The notes: a model not told the origin generated them from the letters alone. A DNA stretch of 64,000 nucleotides from Alphaproteobacteria bacterium (GCA_965216755.1 CBDCGL010000011.1:4288001-4352000); one strand, 5' to 3'; shown: positions 1 through 10,561, counted from the stretch's first letter. Translations and numbers: made by a program.

Positions 1-450
1 CCGGAATTCATGGTGCCGTCGTTGTTTGTTGAACTTGATGCGTTTCCGCTGACTCCCAACGGCAAGGTTGATCGGAAAGCCCTGCCAGATCCGATGGATA
101 GCCGGCCACGGCCAGCATCGGTCGCCGACTATGAACCGCCCGTGGGCGAAATGGAAAGCGATATCGCGGAAATTCTGTGCGAGGTACTTGGCGTCGAGAA
201 GATGGGACGGCAGGACAGCTTCTTCGACCTTGGCGGTCATTCACTGTCTGCGGTTCGAGTCGCGTTCCAGATGCGCCAGCAATTCGGGGTCGATTTTCCG
301 CTTCAAACACTCTTCGAAGCGCCCACTGTTGCGGCACTGGCGGAGCGTGTTGAAACCATGGTACTTGAGCAAGCCGATAGCGATGAGCTTGAGAGTCTCT
401 TGGCAGAAATGGAAGATACCTCAGACGCCATCGCGGTCGGCAACGACTAA
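1..450 (+). CDS. NRPS, C-terminal fragment (end of A domain + PCP + acidic docking tail); 5' truncated by window
   Basis: A10 motif PLTPNGKVDRKALP; PCP motif FFDLGGHSL; frame open from base 1. Confidence 0.93.
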   Translation, partial: PEFMVPSLFVELDAFPLTPNGKVDRKALPDPMDSRPRPASVADYEPPVGEMESDIAEILCEVLGVEKMGRQDSFFDLGGHSLSAVRVAFQMRQQFGVDFPLQTLFEAPTVAALAERVETMVLEQADSDELESLLAEMEDTSDAIAVGND

Positions 451-480
451 ACGCACAAACGACAGGTGAGGTTGCGGAGC

Positions 481-3400
481 GTGCGGGAAAATAGAGACCG
501 GCTATCGCGTTTGTCGCGTGAAGAGCGGGCGCGCTTGGTTATGCGCCTCAAAAAACGATCGGCCGCGGATGAGCCTGATCATATCCAACCGGATCCCGAG
601 AACCGCTACGCGCCGTTCCCGCTGACCGATTTGCAGCAAGCTTATTGGATTGGGCGTAGTGGCTCTTTCCAGATGGGCCAAGTCGCCAGTCACAGCTATT
701 TGGAGGTTGAGGGCGAATACGATCTGCCGGCCTTGGAGGCGGCGCTGCAAAAGGTGATCGCCCGGCATGAGAGCTTGCGCACGATTGTTCAACCGAACGG
801 TCAGCAGCGGGTTCTGGAAGAAACGCCGCTTTATAAAATCGAAACCACCGATGTTGGCGCTCTGACGCCGGACGCGGCGCAGGCCGCGATGGACGCGTTG
901 CGCCGTCGTATGTCGCATCAGGTCCGGCCCAGCGACCAATGGCCGGTTTTCGAGATCCATGCCGCACTACTGGGCGGCCGGCGCGCACGTCTCTATGTCA
1001 GCCTCGACGCGCTTCTGATTGATGGCTGGAGTATCGCCGTGTTGTTCCGCGAGTGGGCGCAGGCGTACCGAGAGCCGGATAAGGCATTGCCGGACATCGA
1101 TCTGACGTTTCGCGACTATGTTCTGGCGGAACGTGCTTTGGAAGAGACGGCGAAGTTTGAACGTGACCAAGCTTATTGGTTGGCGCGCATCGACGATTTG
1201 CCCAATGGGCCGGATTTGCCACTGGCCAAGCCGCCGTCCGAATTGGCCGAGGCACGGTTTGTTCGACGTCACGCCCGCCTTGAGGCGGAACAATGGACCC
1301 AATTGCGAGCGCGGGCGAAGGCACATGGTCTGACGCCGACAGGGATTCTGCTGGCGGCTTATGCCGACGTGGTGGCGTTGTGGTCGCAGAACGAGCGGTT
1401 TTTGATCAACGTGCCGCAGTTTAATCGCGCCCCCTTGCACCCACATGTAAACGACGTCATCGGTGAGGCCGCGTCGTTCAGCGTTGTCGCCGTGGATATG
1501 ACCGGCAATGACGGATTTAGTGACCGCGCACAACGATTGCAGCGGCAAATGTGGGAAGACCTTGACCACAGCGGATTCAGCGGCGTCAAAGTCCTGCGCG
1601 AGGTCGCGCGGTCACGGGGCCAGACCTCGGGGTCATTGGCGCCGGTGATTTTTACCGCGGCGCCACAAGACGATGACGGCAAAGACGGCTACGCGACTTT
1701 GGTTGCACGCGAAATCGGTGAGGTGGTGTTTTCCGTCAACCAGACCTCTCAAGTTTGGATCGATAACCATATCTCCGAGCAAGATGGTGGCCTGATTTGC
1801 GATTGGGATTCGGTCGACGAGCTGTTCCCACCGAATCTGTCCGCGGACATGCTTGGCGTCTATTTCGATCTGCTGAACCGCTTGGCGCGCGACGACGCGG
1901 TGTGGGAGATGGATTGGCCAAGCATCGCTGCGACCTTGATGCCGGCTGATCAACGCGAGCGCCGCGACAGTGTGAATGACACCGCCCAGCCGGTGCCCGA
2001 TCACTTGATGCAGGACCTGTTCGCCGCCCAAGTCAGTGCACATGCGGATAAGCCAGTGGTGATCGCTCGCGACCGCACCTTGCGCTACGGCGAGCTTGAT
2101 CAATTGGCCAACCGGTGGGCGCGACGCTTGCGTGATATGGGTGTTGCACCGGGCGATCGCGTGGCGATTGTCATGGAAAAAGGCTGGGAGCAGTTTGTCG
2201 CGGCTTTCGCTGCGCTCAAAGCCGGTGGCGCGTATGTGCCGATCGATTCCGAGCAACCTGTCGAGCGACTGACCTATATGATCGAGAACTGTGGCGCGGC
2301 CTGCATTCTCAGTCAATCGTGGGTTGACGCACGACTGACTTGGCCGGACGGGGCCCGGATCCTGTTAGTCGACAAAGAGTCGGTCGATGATTGGGACGCA
2401 ACGGCCATAGATCCGGAACGGACGGCTGACGATCCCGCCTTTGTGATTTACACCTCGGGTTCGACCGGGATGCCGAAGGGCGTGGTGTTGAGCCATCGGG
2501 GCGTCGTTAACGCGTTACTGGCGACCAATCAGCGGTTCGATGTTGGGCCGGACGATGTTGGCTTCGCTATCGCGGCATTGCATCACGATCTTTCCATCTA
2601 TGACACGTTTGGATTGCCGGCGGCGGGGGGCACGGTCGTCATGCCTGACCCGACGGGACGGCGTGATCCGGCTCATTGGTCCGAGTTGATGGTGGCGCAC
2701 AACGTCACGGTGTGGAATTCGGTGCCGGCCATGATGGTGATGCTATTGGAATATGCCGATAGCCACGAGAACGCCATGCCGACCGAACTCAGGTTGTCGT
2801 TCTTGGGCGGCGATTGGGTACCCGTTGACGTGCCGCAGCGTATTGCGCGGCACGCCAAGAAATGTCTGTTGGTCACGACCGGCGGTCCGACCGAAACCAC
2901 CCTATGGAACATCTGGAATCCGATTGAGGCATTCGATCCCGATTGGACCAGCATTCCGTATGGCAAACCGATCGCCAATACACGCTATTACATCATGAAC
3001 GAGCATTTCGTTGAGCGGCCGGATTGGGTGGTCGGCGAAATGTATGTGGCTGGTGTTGGCGTCGCGCACGGCTATCTCGGCGATCCGAAACGCAGCGGCG
3101 AGAAATTCGTACTAAATGGGTGGACCGGTGAACGCTTGTGCCGCACTGGCGATTTGGGGCGCTACATGCCGGATGGCAATATTCAGTTCGTCGGGCGCGC
3201 GGACTTCCAAGTCAAGATCAACGGCCAAAGGATCGAGTTGGGAGAGATCGAGGCCGCGCTGGCCAAACATCCCGATATTTCAACAGCCGTGGTCATGGCG
3301 ATCGGACCGGCACAAAAGGCACGCCGCTTGGCCGGCTTTGTGGTTCCGCAAGAGGGTAAGACGGTTGTCAGCGACGACCTGCGGAACTACCTGATGGATA

Positions 3401-4686
3401 AGGTGCCGGACTATATGGTGCCGACCGCATTTGTTAGCCTTGACAGATTACCCTTGACCGCCAATGGCAAGGTCGACCGAAAAGCACTCAGCGCGCTGGA
3501 GACCGAGGTCGCAAAACCTGAGGCGGCGCGGTCCACGGGCGGCGCCTCGACCACGGCCAAAGTTGCCGCCTTGGTGGGGACCGTGATGGGCGACGACGCC
3601 ATCGATCCGGCGGCCAACCTTCTGTCGCTGGGCGCGAATTCCATCAATATGGTGCAGATCGGCAACGAAATCGAAAAGGCATTCGGATTTCGGCCGCGCA
3701 TGGACCAGATTTTTCGCTTGCAATCGATCAACGCCATCGCCGCGTTTTGCGATCGCGAGCTGGGCGGGGCCGACAGTGAAGAGACCAAGGATACCGGCGA
3801 AATCGGTCTGACCAACGAAATTCGAGAAATCATTGCATCCTTCGAGAACATCATCGATCCGTGCGAGCGCGACGCGTTCAAGAACTCGCAACCGGGCATT
3901 CGCCGCGATGACGCCGACCGGGATTTCGTCCAGCTCGTTGCGCCCGAGATAACCGACGAACTCCGCGCCTACTACGCCAATCATCGCAGCAATCGTCGAT
4001 TTGGGCTGCAGCCTATCCCGCTCGAGCAGTTTAGTTCGTTCTTGGCGTGCATGTATCCGATCGAGCTCAATGGCCGGCCGAAATATTTGTTTGCTTCGCC
4101 GGGCGGGCTCTACCCGACCCAGGCCTATGTCCATGTTAAGCCGGCGCGGATCGAGGGTATCCCCGGCGGCAGCTACTACTATCATCCGTCGAAGCATCGA
4201 CTCGTTTCACTCAAAAAGGGCGCGGTGGTCGATCGCGGCATTCATGTCCCGTTTGTCAACACACCGGTGTATGACGAGGCCGCGTTTTCGATTTTCTTGG
4301 TCGTCGATCTGTCGGCAATTGCGCCGTCCTATGGCGAACGATCGATCTTCTTCGCGACCTTGGAGGCGGGCATCATGTCGGTTGTGTTGGAAGAAGCTGC
4401 CCGCGATGCCAAGTTGGGCATTTGCCAAATGGGCGGTGTCGACTTTGATCAGATCCGCGATTTGTTCGATCTACAACCGCATCACCTCTATATGCACTCG
4501 CTGCTCGGCGGACCGCTGTTCGATGGGCCCGATAGCCAACCGGTGATTCGCACGTCGCGAGATGAGGAAAACCGCACGCGGATTGCCAATCTCTTGGAAC
4601 GTATTCGCCAGCTATCGCCGGATGAAGCGCGGGTCATGGTCGGCGTACTCAAGAATGAGGTCGATCGGGGCTCGGAGAATGACTGA
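481..4686 (+). CDS. NRPS module: heterocyclization (Cy) - adenylation - PCP - FMN-dependent oxidase (Ox)
   Basis: Cy signatures FPLTDLQQAYWIGR, DALLIDGWS (DxxxxDxxS), QTSQVWID; A motifs YTSGSTGMPKG, RTGDLG, PLTANGKVDRK; PCP LGANS; nitroreductase-like Ox FASPGGLYP...TLEAG. GTG 481 follows GGAG (GTG 466 also possible). Confidence 0.93.
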   Translation: MRENRDRLSRLSREERARLVMRLKKRSAADEPDHIQPDPENRYAPFPLTDLQQAYWIGRSGSFQMGQVASHSYLEVEGEYDLPALEAALQKVIARHESLRTIVQPNGQQRVLEETPLYKIETTDVGALTPDAAQAAMDALRRRMSHQVRPSDQWPVFEIHAALLGGRRARLYVSLDALLIDGWSIAVLFREWAQAYREPDKALPDIDLTFRDYVLAERALEETAKFERDQAYWLARIDDLPNGPDLPLAKPPSELAEARFVRRHARLEAEQWTQLRARAKAHGLTPTGILLAAYADVVALWSQNERFLINVPQFNRAPLHPHVNDVIGEAASFSVVAVDMTGNDGFSDRAQRLQRQMWEDLDHSGFSGVKVLREVARSRGQTSGSLAPVIFTAAPQDDDGKDGYATLVAREIGEVVFSVNQTSQVWIDNHISEQDGGLICDWDSVDELFPPNLSADMLGVYFDLLNRLARDDAVWEMDWPSIAATLMPADQRERRDSVNDTAQPVPDHLMQDLFAAQVSAHADKPVVIARDRTLRYGELDQLANRWARRLRDMGVAPGDRVAIVMEKGWEQFVAAFAALKAGGAYVPIDSEQPVERLTYMIENCGAACILSQSWVDARLTWPDGARILLVDKESVDDWDATAIDPERTADDPAFVIYTSGSTGMPKGVVLSHRGVVNALLATNQRFDVGPDDVGFAIAALHHDLSIYDTFGLPAAGGTVVMPDPTGRRDPAHWSELMVAHNVTVWNSVPAMMVMLLEYADSHENAMPTELRLSFLGGDWVPVDVPQRIARHAKKCLLVTTGGPTETTLWNIWNPIEAFDPDWTSIPYGKPIANTRYYIMNEHFVERPDWVVGEMYVAGVGVAHGYLGDPKRSGEKFVLNGWTGERLCRTGDLGRYMPDGNIQFVGRADFQVKINGQRIELGEIEAALAKHPDISTAVVMAIGPAQKARRLAGFVVPQEGKTVVSDDLRNYLMDKVPDYMVPTAFVSLDRLPLTANGKVDRKALSALETEVAKPEAARSTGGASTTAKVAALVGTVMGDDAIDPAANLLSLGANSINMVQIGNEIEKAFGFRPRMDQIFRLQSINAIAAFCDRELGGADSEETKDTGEIGLTNEIREIIASFENIIDPCERDAFKNSQPGIRRDDADRDFVQLVAPEITDELRAYYANHRSNRRFGLQPIPLEQFSSFLACMYPIELNGRPKYLFASPGGLYPTQAYVHVKPARIEGIPGGSYYYHPSKHRLVSLKKGAVVDRGIHVPFVNTPVYDEAAFSIFLVVDLSAIAPSYGERSIFFATLEAGIMSVVLEEAARDAKLGICQMGGVDFDQIRDLFDLQPHHLYMHSLLGGPLFDGPDSQPVIRTSRDEENRTRIANLLERIRQLSPDEARVMVGVLKNEVDRGSEND

Positions 4687-7600
4687 TCTGTATCAAGGCA
4701 CGGACGGGTTGAGCCCAGAGCAGAGCGAACTTTTCGCGCTGATGCTGGATTATGAAGGACTCGACCCGCAGGAGCTGCCAATCGCGGCGCGTGGTGACGA
4801 CGCGCCCAACGCGCCACTGTCCCATACCCAAGAACGCTTTTGGTTTCTGAACCAAATGGCGCCGGACAGCCCGGCCTATAACGAGCCGATCGCCATGCGT
4901 TTGCAAGGTGCGTTGGATCGCGATGCGCTCACTCAGGCATTGACGGCCCTTTTACGACGGCATTCGGCGCTGCGCGTACGATTTGTGACCGATGGCGCAT
5001 CACTCGCGCAGACCATTGAACCGGTGCCCGACAACCCGCTGACTATCGAAGATCTTCGGGATGTCGCGGCAGATAATCGGCTGGCTCAGGCACAGGCGCG
5101 GGCGGCGGCGGTGACCGTTGCGCCGATGGACTTTTCCGTTGGGCCTCTTTACCGATTTCGCCTGTTTCAACTGGACGACCAAGATCATTTGCTCCTGATC
5201 GTTTTGCATCACGGCATTGCCGATGGCTTCTCGCTGCGTCTGCTGATGCGCGAATTGTCGGCCCTGTACGCCGCATTTTGCGCAGGTCAGCCGTCGCCGC
5301 TGCCCGACGTGCCGCTGCACTACACTGACTATGCCGCGTGGGAGCGTGCCGCGGCGGGCGAAACGCGGAGGCGCGATAGTCTGTCCTATTGGCGGCGCGT
5401 GCTGAGCGACGCGCCGGACCTGCTGGCATTGCCCACGGATCACCCGCGGCAATCAGCTTTCACGTTTCATGGTGCGACCGAACGTTTTGCGGTCGATAAC
5501 GAGCGGTCGACTGCCTTGCGTGATCTCAGTGCTGAACAAGGCGTTACGCTATTTATGACCATGCTGGCGGCGTTTCAGGCGCTGCTGCACCGTTATGCGC
5601 GTCAGGACATGATTTTGGTGGGCACGCCCGTATCCAGTCGTGAACGTCCTGAATTGGAAACCGTTGTTGGGTCGTTTGCCAACAATCTTGTTCTGCACGC
5701 CGACTGTGCTGACAATCCGCGGTTTGTCGATCTGCTGGCGCAGGTTTCCGACACCTCTTTGGAAGCTTTCTCGCATCAGGCCGTTCCGTTTGAAAAAGTT
5801 GTCGAGGCCGTTGATCCGAAGCGCGACGCCGGGTATAACCCATTGTTTCAGGTCGCTTTTTTACTTCACCAAAACACATTGCGTGATAATTTAGAGCTCT
5901 CTCATCTACGTGTCTCAGCGGTGCCGATCGAAACCGGCGCGACACGCTTCGATATCGACCTGATGCTTGAGGATACGCGCGCCGGGTTGGTGGGCACCCT
6001 GCATTACAACACTGACCTGTTCGAGCCGGCGACGATTGCGCGTTTGATAGGCCACTATCAGACCCTCTTGCAGGCGGTGGTCGATGATCCGCAGCAGCGT
6101 TTGTCGGATATCGCCCTGCTTGAAGCCGATGAGCGGGGGCTGCAGCTCGAGACTTGGAACAACACGGCGCAGGACTACGACCGCACCGCGACCCTTCACG
6201 GATTGATCGCGCGCCAGGCGGACCGCACGCCCGAGGCCGTCGCGGTTGTTGATGACGCCACGTCACTGACTTATGGCGAACTTGAGGCTCGCGCCAACGC
6301 GTTGGCGGCGCATCTGTGTCGGCATGGGGCCGAACCCGGCAAGATCGTTGGCGTCATGCTTGAGCGGCGGACTGATCTTTTGGTCGGTTTACTGGGCGTT
6401 TTGAAATCTGGCGCGGCCTATTTGCCGCTTGATCCCGGATTTCCGAAACGGCGCCTGTCGATGATGCTGGAAGACAGCGCCGCGCCTTTGATTGTCAGCG
6501 AGCCGTCGCTGGCTGCGGATGTCCCGGATTCGGCGGCGACAGTGGTGGATTTGTGCGACATCGCCACGTCCGGCGCCGCACCGCCTGACTCAGCGACGGC
6601 AGGCGCGGACGACTTGGCCTATGTGATCTTCACCTCGGGCTCCACCGGTCGGCCCAAGGGCGTGCAGATTAGCCATCGCAACGTGGTCAATTTCTTGACG
6701 AGCATGGCGAAAGCACCAGGCCTGAACGCCGACGATCGTCTATTGGCGGTGACGACCACGTCGTTCGACATATCGGTGCTTGAACTGTTTTTGCCCCTGA
6801 CTGTTGGGGCGACGGTCGTCTTGGCAGACCGAGACACCACCGCCGATGGCGACGCGTTGGCGGAGTTCGTCATGGAGTCCGGGGCCACGGTCATGCAGGC
6901 GACGCCGGCCACCTGGCAGCTTTTGATCGCTGCCGGATGGAACGGAGACATGGGCCTGAAGGCGCTGTGTGGTGGTGAGGCGTTGACCCGCGATTTGGCA
7001 CGCAGCCTGAAATCCCGTGTCGGTTGTCTGTGGAACATGTATGGGCCGACAGAGACGACGATTTGGTCGACATGCGCCGAAATCACCGATTCGGACGATA
7101 TCACGGTCGGGCGGCCAATCGCGAACACACAGATATACGTTTTAGACACCCATCGGCAACCTGCACCCATCGGTGTTCCCGGCGAGTTGTTTATTGGCGG
7201 CGATGGCGTGGCGCGCGGCTATCTCAATCGGCCAGACCTCACCGCTGAACGCTTTGTACCGGATCCGTTTCGGGCCGGCGATGCGTGCATGTACAATACC
7301 GGTGACCTGGCGCGGCTTCACGACGACGGCCGAATCGAACATCTGGGCCGGGTTGACAGCCAAGTCAAAGTACGCGGATTCCGCATTGAGTTGGGTGAGA
7401 TTGAGTCGGCCCTGTCAGAACATGACGGCCTCGCGCAAGCGGCTGTCGCGGTACGACACGCCAGCCCCAATGATGCGCGATTGATCGCGTATACCGTCAA
7501 TGCGGTCGCTGACCAACCGCCCACGGTTGGCGATCTTAGAAAACACCTCAGACAACGACTGCCGGACTATATGATCCCGCAGAAATTCGTTGAATTGGAC

Positions 7601-8026
7601 CGGCTGCCGCTAACGGCGAACAACAAAGTCGATCGTTTAGCTTTGCCGAATCCGTTCGAGGATGTCGCCGCCGTCGAAGACGATTATGTGCCGCCGCGGA
7701 CTCCGGCCGAAAAGCTGGTGGCGGGCATATGGCAGGATGTGTTGGGTGGTACGCGTGTTGGCGCGAATGATAATTTCTTCGAGGTCGGTGGTCACTCGTT
7801 GCTCGCTATGCAGGTCATTGCACGGATTCGGCAAGAAACCGGGCAGAAACTCTCTCCACGTGCTATGATATTGAATTCGCTGGAAAGAATCGCGGCCGAT
7901 CTCGGTCCGATCGGTGTTGTGACAAGTTCTGTCGCCGGCCCGTCCGAAGCCGAGACGGTGAACGATGATTCGGCGAATAGCTCTTTGCTAAAGCGCGTCA
8001 AAAGTTCGCTCTTTGGGCCGCAGTGA
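4679..8026 (+). CDS. NRPS module C-A-PCP, predicted glycine-specific, no thioesterase
   Basis: C motif HHGIADGFS; A motifs FTSGSTGRPKG, YGPTETT, NTGDLAR; binding-pocket code read by eye as DILQLGMIWK (Gly-type); PCP FFEVGGHSL; ATG 4679 overlaps the end of the upstream gene. Confidence 0.92.
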   Translation: MTDLYQGTDGLSPEQSELFALMLDYEGLDPQELPIAARGDDAPNAPLSHTQERFWFLNQMAPDSPAYNEPIAMRLQGALDRDALTQALTALLRRHSALRVRFVTDGASLAQTIEPVPDNPLTIEDLRDVAADNRLAQAQARAAAVTVAPMDFSVGPLYRFRLFQLDDQDHLLLIVLHHGIADGFSLRLLMRELSALYAAFCAGQPSPLPDVPLHYTDYAAWERAAAGETRRRDSLSYWRRVLSDAPDLLALPTDHPRQSAFTFHGATERFAVDNERSTALRDLSAEQGVTLFMTMLAAFQALLHRYARQDMILVGTPVSSRERPELETVVGSFANNLVLHADCADNPRFVDLLAQVSDTSLEAFSHQAVPFEKVVEAVDPKRDAGYNPLFQVAFLLHQNTLRDNLELSHLRVSAVPIETGATRFDIDLMLEDTRAGLVGTLHYNTDLFEPATIARLIGHYQTLLQAVVDDPQQRLSDIALLEADERGLQLETWNNTAQDYDRTATLHGLIARQADRTPEAVAVVDDATSLTYGELEARANALAAHLCRHGAEPGKIVGVMLERRTDLLVGLLGVLKSGAAYLPLDPGFPKRRLSMMLEDSAAPLIVSEPSLAADVPDSAATVVDLCDIATSGAAPPDSATAGADDLAYVIFTSGSTGRPKGVQISHRNVVNFLTSMAKAPGLNADDRLLAVTTTSFDISVLELFLPLTVGATVVLADRDTTADGDALAEFVMESGATVMQATPATWQLLIAAGWNGDMGLKALCGGEALTRDLARSLKSRVGCLWNMYGPTETTIWSTCAEITDSDDITVGRPIANTQIYVLDTHRQPAPIGVPGELFIGGDGVARGYLNRPDLTAERFVPDPFRAGDACMYNTGDLARLHDDGRIEHLGRVDSQVKVRGFRIELGEIESALSEHDGLAQAAVAVRHASPNDARLIAYTVNAVADQPPTVGDLRKHLRQRLPDYMIPQKFVELDRLPLTANNKVDRLALPNPFEDVAAVEDDYVPPRTPAEKLVAGIWQDVLGGTRVGANDNFFEVGGHSLLAMQVIARIRQETGQKLSPRAMILNSLERIAADLGPIGVVTSSVAGPSEAETVNDDSANSSLLKRVKSSLFGPQ

Positions 8027-8085
8027 ACAGGACGCCAATCCCGACTCGAACGGGTGACGCATCGCGCGATGGGGATTGACTGGCA

Positions 8086-8883
8086 ATGATGCCGCAATAT
8101 TTTGGTGCTGAGAACGAACGGCTTTTTGGCGTTTATCAAGAGCCCACGCATGGCACAGACCATGACCATGGCGTGGTGCTGTGTTATCCCCTATGGCAGG
8201 AATATGTGCGGTCCCATCGCGCCTATCAGCGCTTGGCGGTTATGCTCGCGCGCCAGGGACACCACGTTTTCCGATTCGACTATTTTGGCTCCGGTGATTC
8301 GTCCGGATCCAGCGACGGCCTCACGATAGCCGCGTGCCTCGATAACATCGCCACGGCGATCGACGAGCTCAAGGACGTCGCGGGCGTCAGCCGCGTGTCA
8401 TTGGTCGGGCTACGGTTTGGCGCCACGCTGGCGGCGCTTGTCGGCGGCCACCGCGTTCCCTGCCACAGACTGGTGCTTTGGGATCCGGTGGTGGTCGGCG
8501 CGGATTATATGAATGGACTGCATGGCTTGCGCGACAAGGTGATGACGGCGTGCAGCTGGCGGCGCCGGCGGCCAAACGGTCTTGCCAGTATTGGGGCGCA
8601 TCAGCTCTTGGGATTCCCGGTCCCCGAGCCCGTCGCCGCCAATGTTTCGGCCGCCGATCTATTGTCGGTTGAAAAATTCCCGGCGCGCCGCGCCCTTGTG
8701 GTCGGTTCATCGGACAAGCCCAGCTACAAAACGCTGGTCGATCACATGGAGCGCCGTGGTACCAAGACGTCCTATCAAGTGGTCGAGGATGACGACGATT
8801 GGGACGAATTTTCCAAATACGATTTTATCCTCGTACCGCCAAACGCCCTGTCGGCGATCACGGCGTACCTTGCCGCGGGATAA
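8086..8883 (+). CDS. alpha/beta-hydrolase-fold protein (exosortase/EPS-associated 'hydrolase 2'-like; no nucleophile Ser)
   Basis: RFDYFGSGDS motif, elbow GLRFGA, LVLWDPVVVG. Confidence 0.8.
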   Translation: MMPQYFGAENERLFGVYQEPTHGTDHDHGVVLCYPLWQEYVRSHRAYQRLAVMLARQGHHVFRFDYFGSGDSSGSSDGLTIAACLDNIATAIDELKDVAGVSRVSLVGLRFGATLAALVGGHRVPCHRLVLWDPVVVGADYMNGLHGLRDKVMTACSWRRRRPNGLASIGAHQLLGFPVPEPVAANVSAADLLSVEKFPARRALVVGSSDKPSYKTLVDHMERRGTKTSYQVVEDDDDWDEFSKYDFILVPPNALSAITAYLAAG

Positions 8884-8887
8884 AGCA

Positions 8888-9760
8888 ATGGAACGTGCGT
8901 TTGCCTTTGGCCCGCGATCGGCCTTGATCGGTACACTGACCGAGGCTGTTGACACGCCACTATCCGACCACCAGCCGGGTGTCATCCTGATCAATGCCGG
9001 GTTGGTTCATCGCATCGGTCCCGGCCGCCTGTACGTGGAAATCGCCCGTCGCCTGGCCGCACGGGGATTCCCGGCGTTCCGTTTCGACCAATCGGGCATC
9101 GGCGACAGCATGGCCCGGCGCGACGATGTCGCGTTTGAAAAACGTGCGCAGGAAGAAATCGTCGCGGCGATGGATTTGATGGTGGCGCAGGGTCAATGCC
9201 AGACTTTCGTGCTGATGGGGATTTGCTCTGGCGCCGACAATGCCCATCAGGTTGCGCTATCGGATCCGCGGGTTGTTGGCGCGGTTTATTTGGATGGTCC
9301 AGCTTATCGAACCGTGAAGTTCCTGGTGCGCCACTACGGCGTCCGGCTATTTCGACCACGCAGCTGGGCCGGACTTGTCGCGCGTCTGTTGGCCCGGATA
9401 TCGCGAACCGCCGGTGAACAACAGGAACCGACATATGTGCGCGAACTGCCGCCGCGTGAGCAATTCGGTCGTGAGTTATACAATTTGGCCGAACGCGGCA
9501 TGTCGCTGCTGCTGATCTTCACCGGTGGTTATCAACGTTACTACAATTATGAGCACCAGTTCGCCGATGTATTCGCACCATTGGCTGCGAACGCCGGTTT
9601 GCAGAACATCTTTCTGTCGCACTGCGACCATACGTTCGGGTTGGTCGAAGACCGTGCCGCCGTTATCGATATTATCGCGGATTGGATGTTGAACGCGTTC
9701 GGCGCGACCAATGACCGCCCGGTCGCTGAGACACTGCGCCAAGCGTCCGGTCAGGTCTGA
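8888..9760 (+). CDS. alpha/beta-hydrolase-fold protein (exosortase/EPS-associated 'hydrolase 1'-like)
   Basis: NAGLVHRIGPGR, RFDQSGIGDS, elbow GICSGA, C-terminal DHTF (catalytic His); ATG 4 nt after upstream stop. Confidence 0.82.
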   Translation: MERAFAFGPRSALIGTLTEAVDTPLSDHQPGVILINAGLVHRIGPGRLYVEIARRLAARGFPAFRFDQSGIGDSMARRDDVAFEKRAQEEIVAAMDLMVAQGQCQTFVLMGICSGADNAHQVALSDPRVVGAVYLDGPAYRTVKFLVRHYGVRLFRPRSWAGLVARLLARISRTAGEQQEPTYVRELPPREQFGRELYNLAERGMSLLLIFTGGYQRYYNYEHQFADVFAPLAANAGLQNIFLSHCDHTFGLVEDRAAVIDIIADWMLNAFGATNDRPVAETLRQASGQV

Positions 9761-9790
9761 CAGGATTCACCTTGCGCTAGCGGGCGCGGG

Positions 9791-10549
9791 TTATGCGTGC
9801 GTGAAAGCGCTGGTAAGAATATGACTTGACGTGCAATGAAAGCGCCCAGAAATGCCTTGTCTTGGGCCAACCTGGCTGCCTTCGAAAACGATTTTGGCGC
9901 GAAAGGTTCCGCGCTCAGGGTCGATCGACAAGCGTACGTCCAAAAAGTCGAAGGGGATCCGGTGGGCCGGATATAGGCACTTGTACACGCTTTCTTTGGC
10001 GCTGAAAATTACCTTTGACCATCCGCTCGCCCGTGGTGCCGGCGTGACCCGCGCAAAGGCCATTTCGTCATTCGTGCAAATCATGTCGTTGAGATCGCAC
10101 CCCAACTCGCCGGCGCACTCAACATCAATGCCGATGCCATGAAAGACCTGCGCGCGCGCGACCGCCGCGACGCACAGATCCGTGCAGTGCGACAGACTGC
10201 CGACAATGCCGTGTGGCCATATCGGCACGCGGTCGGCATCACGCGGCAGTGGCGCCTGTTCATGTCCAAAGTAACCGAGCGCACGTCGCGCGCAGACCCG
10301 ACCAGCCGAATATTCGCGCCGTCGCTGCGACGTCGCCCGCACGAGCTCGTTTTCGCAGTCCAAACCAGCGCGATTGCCAACGCGATCGTCAATTTCGGCC
10401 ACGCCGTCAAGGTCGAGCATGGCCACGCTGACGCCGCCTGGAAACAACCGTGCTAGGCGCGAATCGGGCCGTGGCGCGCCAACTTGGTGGGCCAGTCCGA
10501 TGCCGGTCGCCGGCGACTGTTCGACGCTATCTAGTCCGGGCGAGAACAT
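9791..10549 (-). CDS. 4'-phosphopantetheinyl transferase (EntD/Sfp superfamily); start uncertain
   Basis: RREYSAGRVCARRAL, PIWPHGIVGSLSH, GIGIDVE, FSAKESVYK motifs; adjacent to NRPS. Confidence 0.92.
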   Translation of the reverse strand: MFSPGLDSVEQSPATGIGLAHQVGAPRPDSRLARLFPGGVSVAMLDLDGVAEIDDRVGNRAGLDCENELVRATSQRRREYSAGRVCARRALGYFGHEQAPLPRDADRVPIWPHGIVGSLSHCTDLCVAAVARAQVFHGIGIDVECAGELGCDLNDMICTNDEMAFARVTPAPRASGWSKVIFSAKESVYKCLYPAHRIPFDFLDVRLSIDPERGTFRAKIVFEGSQVGPRQGISGRFHCTSSHILTSAFTHA

Positions 10550-10561
10550 TGGCCTGACGCC

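Noticed and set aside
466-4686. Siderophore cluster interpretation of the Cy module
   Set aside because: No aryl-acid ligase, TonB receptor or iron-uptake genes in the window and an oxidase is present; not excluded, since the upstream part is outside the window
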